64,000 nt of DNA, taken from Clostridia bacterium. GTDB taxonomy: Bacteria > Bacillota > Clostridia > CAKSNL01 > HGM11501. The stretch is taken from positions 2,022-66,021 of the forward strand of contig CAAFWO010000008.1 in the NCBI GenBank assembly GCA_900766735.1, in the 5' to 3' direction. This document shows, piece after piece, positions 63,722 through 64,000 of the stretch. The translations under genes were made by a program, and so were the position numbers. Under the pieces are notes generated by a model. It ran no database searches. It was not told the origin of the DNA and saw only the letters and a program-made list of their open reading frames with translations. How positions within the stretch are numbered: position 1 is the stretch's first letter; each line of letters starts with the position of its first letter.

Positions 63722-64000
63722 TCAGCATCTTCCTTTCTCATACACTGTTTTGCCGTCAATAATTGTCATCAAAGGCACAAGATCCTTGCTCATAATGCAA
63801 AAATCCGCCTTGTTTCCCGGTTTAATTTTTCCAATGTTTTTTTCATGTATAATTTCAGCCGGGGTGTCCGTCACCGTTTTGACCGCTTCTTCGAGAGGAA
63901 TCTTTGCGTCACGCACGACGTTTTTAAGCATTTGCGCCAACGGCATCACGCTCCCGGCAAGTCTGCTGTTATCGGGCAGCCGGGCAACGCCGCCGGAAAC
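63722..64000 (-). CDS. amidohydrolase (NagA-like N-acetylglucosamine-6-phosphate deacetylase), C-terminal fragment
   Basis: The minus strand is open from the window end and reads ...RLAGSVMPLAQMLKNVV...TDTPAEIIHEKNIGKIKPGNKADFCIMSKDL..IIDGK, typical of NagA-type C-termini. Confidence 0.6.
   Translation of the reverse strand, partial: VSGGVARLPDNSRLAGSVMPLAQMLKNVVRDAKIPLEEAVKTVTDTPAEIIHEKNIGKIKPGNKADFCIMSKDLVPLMTIIDGKTVYEKGRC

Overview
Chromosomal segment from a Firmicutes/Clostridia-type anaerobe, judged from gene content: rnfCDGEAB, hydF, an Ile T-box leader, SLH domains and many glycoside hydrolases. Nearly all of it is ordinary core or carbohydrate-utilisation DNA. Recognisable genes include rhaA, the Rnf complex, GH3, malQ, hydF, tandem GH2 beta-galactosidases and ileS. 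They also include a BMP-family nucleoside-type ABC transporter, tsf-rpsB, trmFO-topA-dprA, greA, a YolD/Y-family polymerase pair, an SLH-anchored serpin, GH127 and an amino-sugar catabolic cluster.

The one clear accessory region is a roughly 6.06-kb AT-rich island (about 14601-20663) between two convergent core genes. It carries a 1043-aa single-polypeptide restriction-modification-specificity enzyme with an N-terminal PD-ExK nuclease, a gamma-class N6-adenine methyltransferase and two HsdS-like TRDs. Upstream of it is a translationally overlapping small ribbon-helix-helix-like gene, driven by a near-consensus promoter embedded in a 17-bp palindrome. The island also holds a repeat-rich non-coding spacer, a small ORF and a large serine recombinase.

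The island junctions can be read directly from the sequence. The two halves of an A6-GCCGGC/GCCGGC-T6 bidirectional terminator are split apart. 20-bp imperfect inverted repeats lie just inside them, and CATT is shared at both junctions, so attB and attP can be reconstructed by inference.

Four genes are disrupted. GH3 has a 1-nt insertion and GH35 a 1-nt loss in an A-run. The second GH2 copy has an internal out-of-frame deletion that removes the nucleophile motif. A small lipoprotein has an A-run frameshift.

No rRNA, tRNA or CRISPR array was seen. All functional calls come from motif and family recognition by eye; no database search or folding was run. GC statements are spot counts of individual 60-nt lines only.
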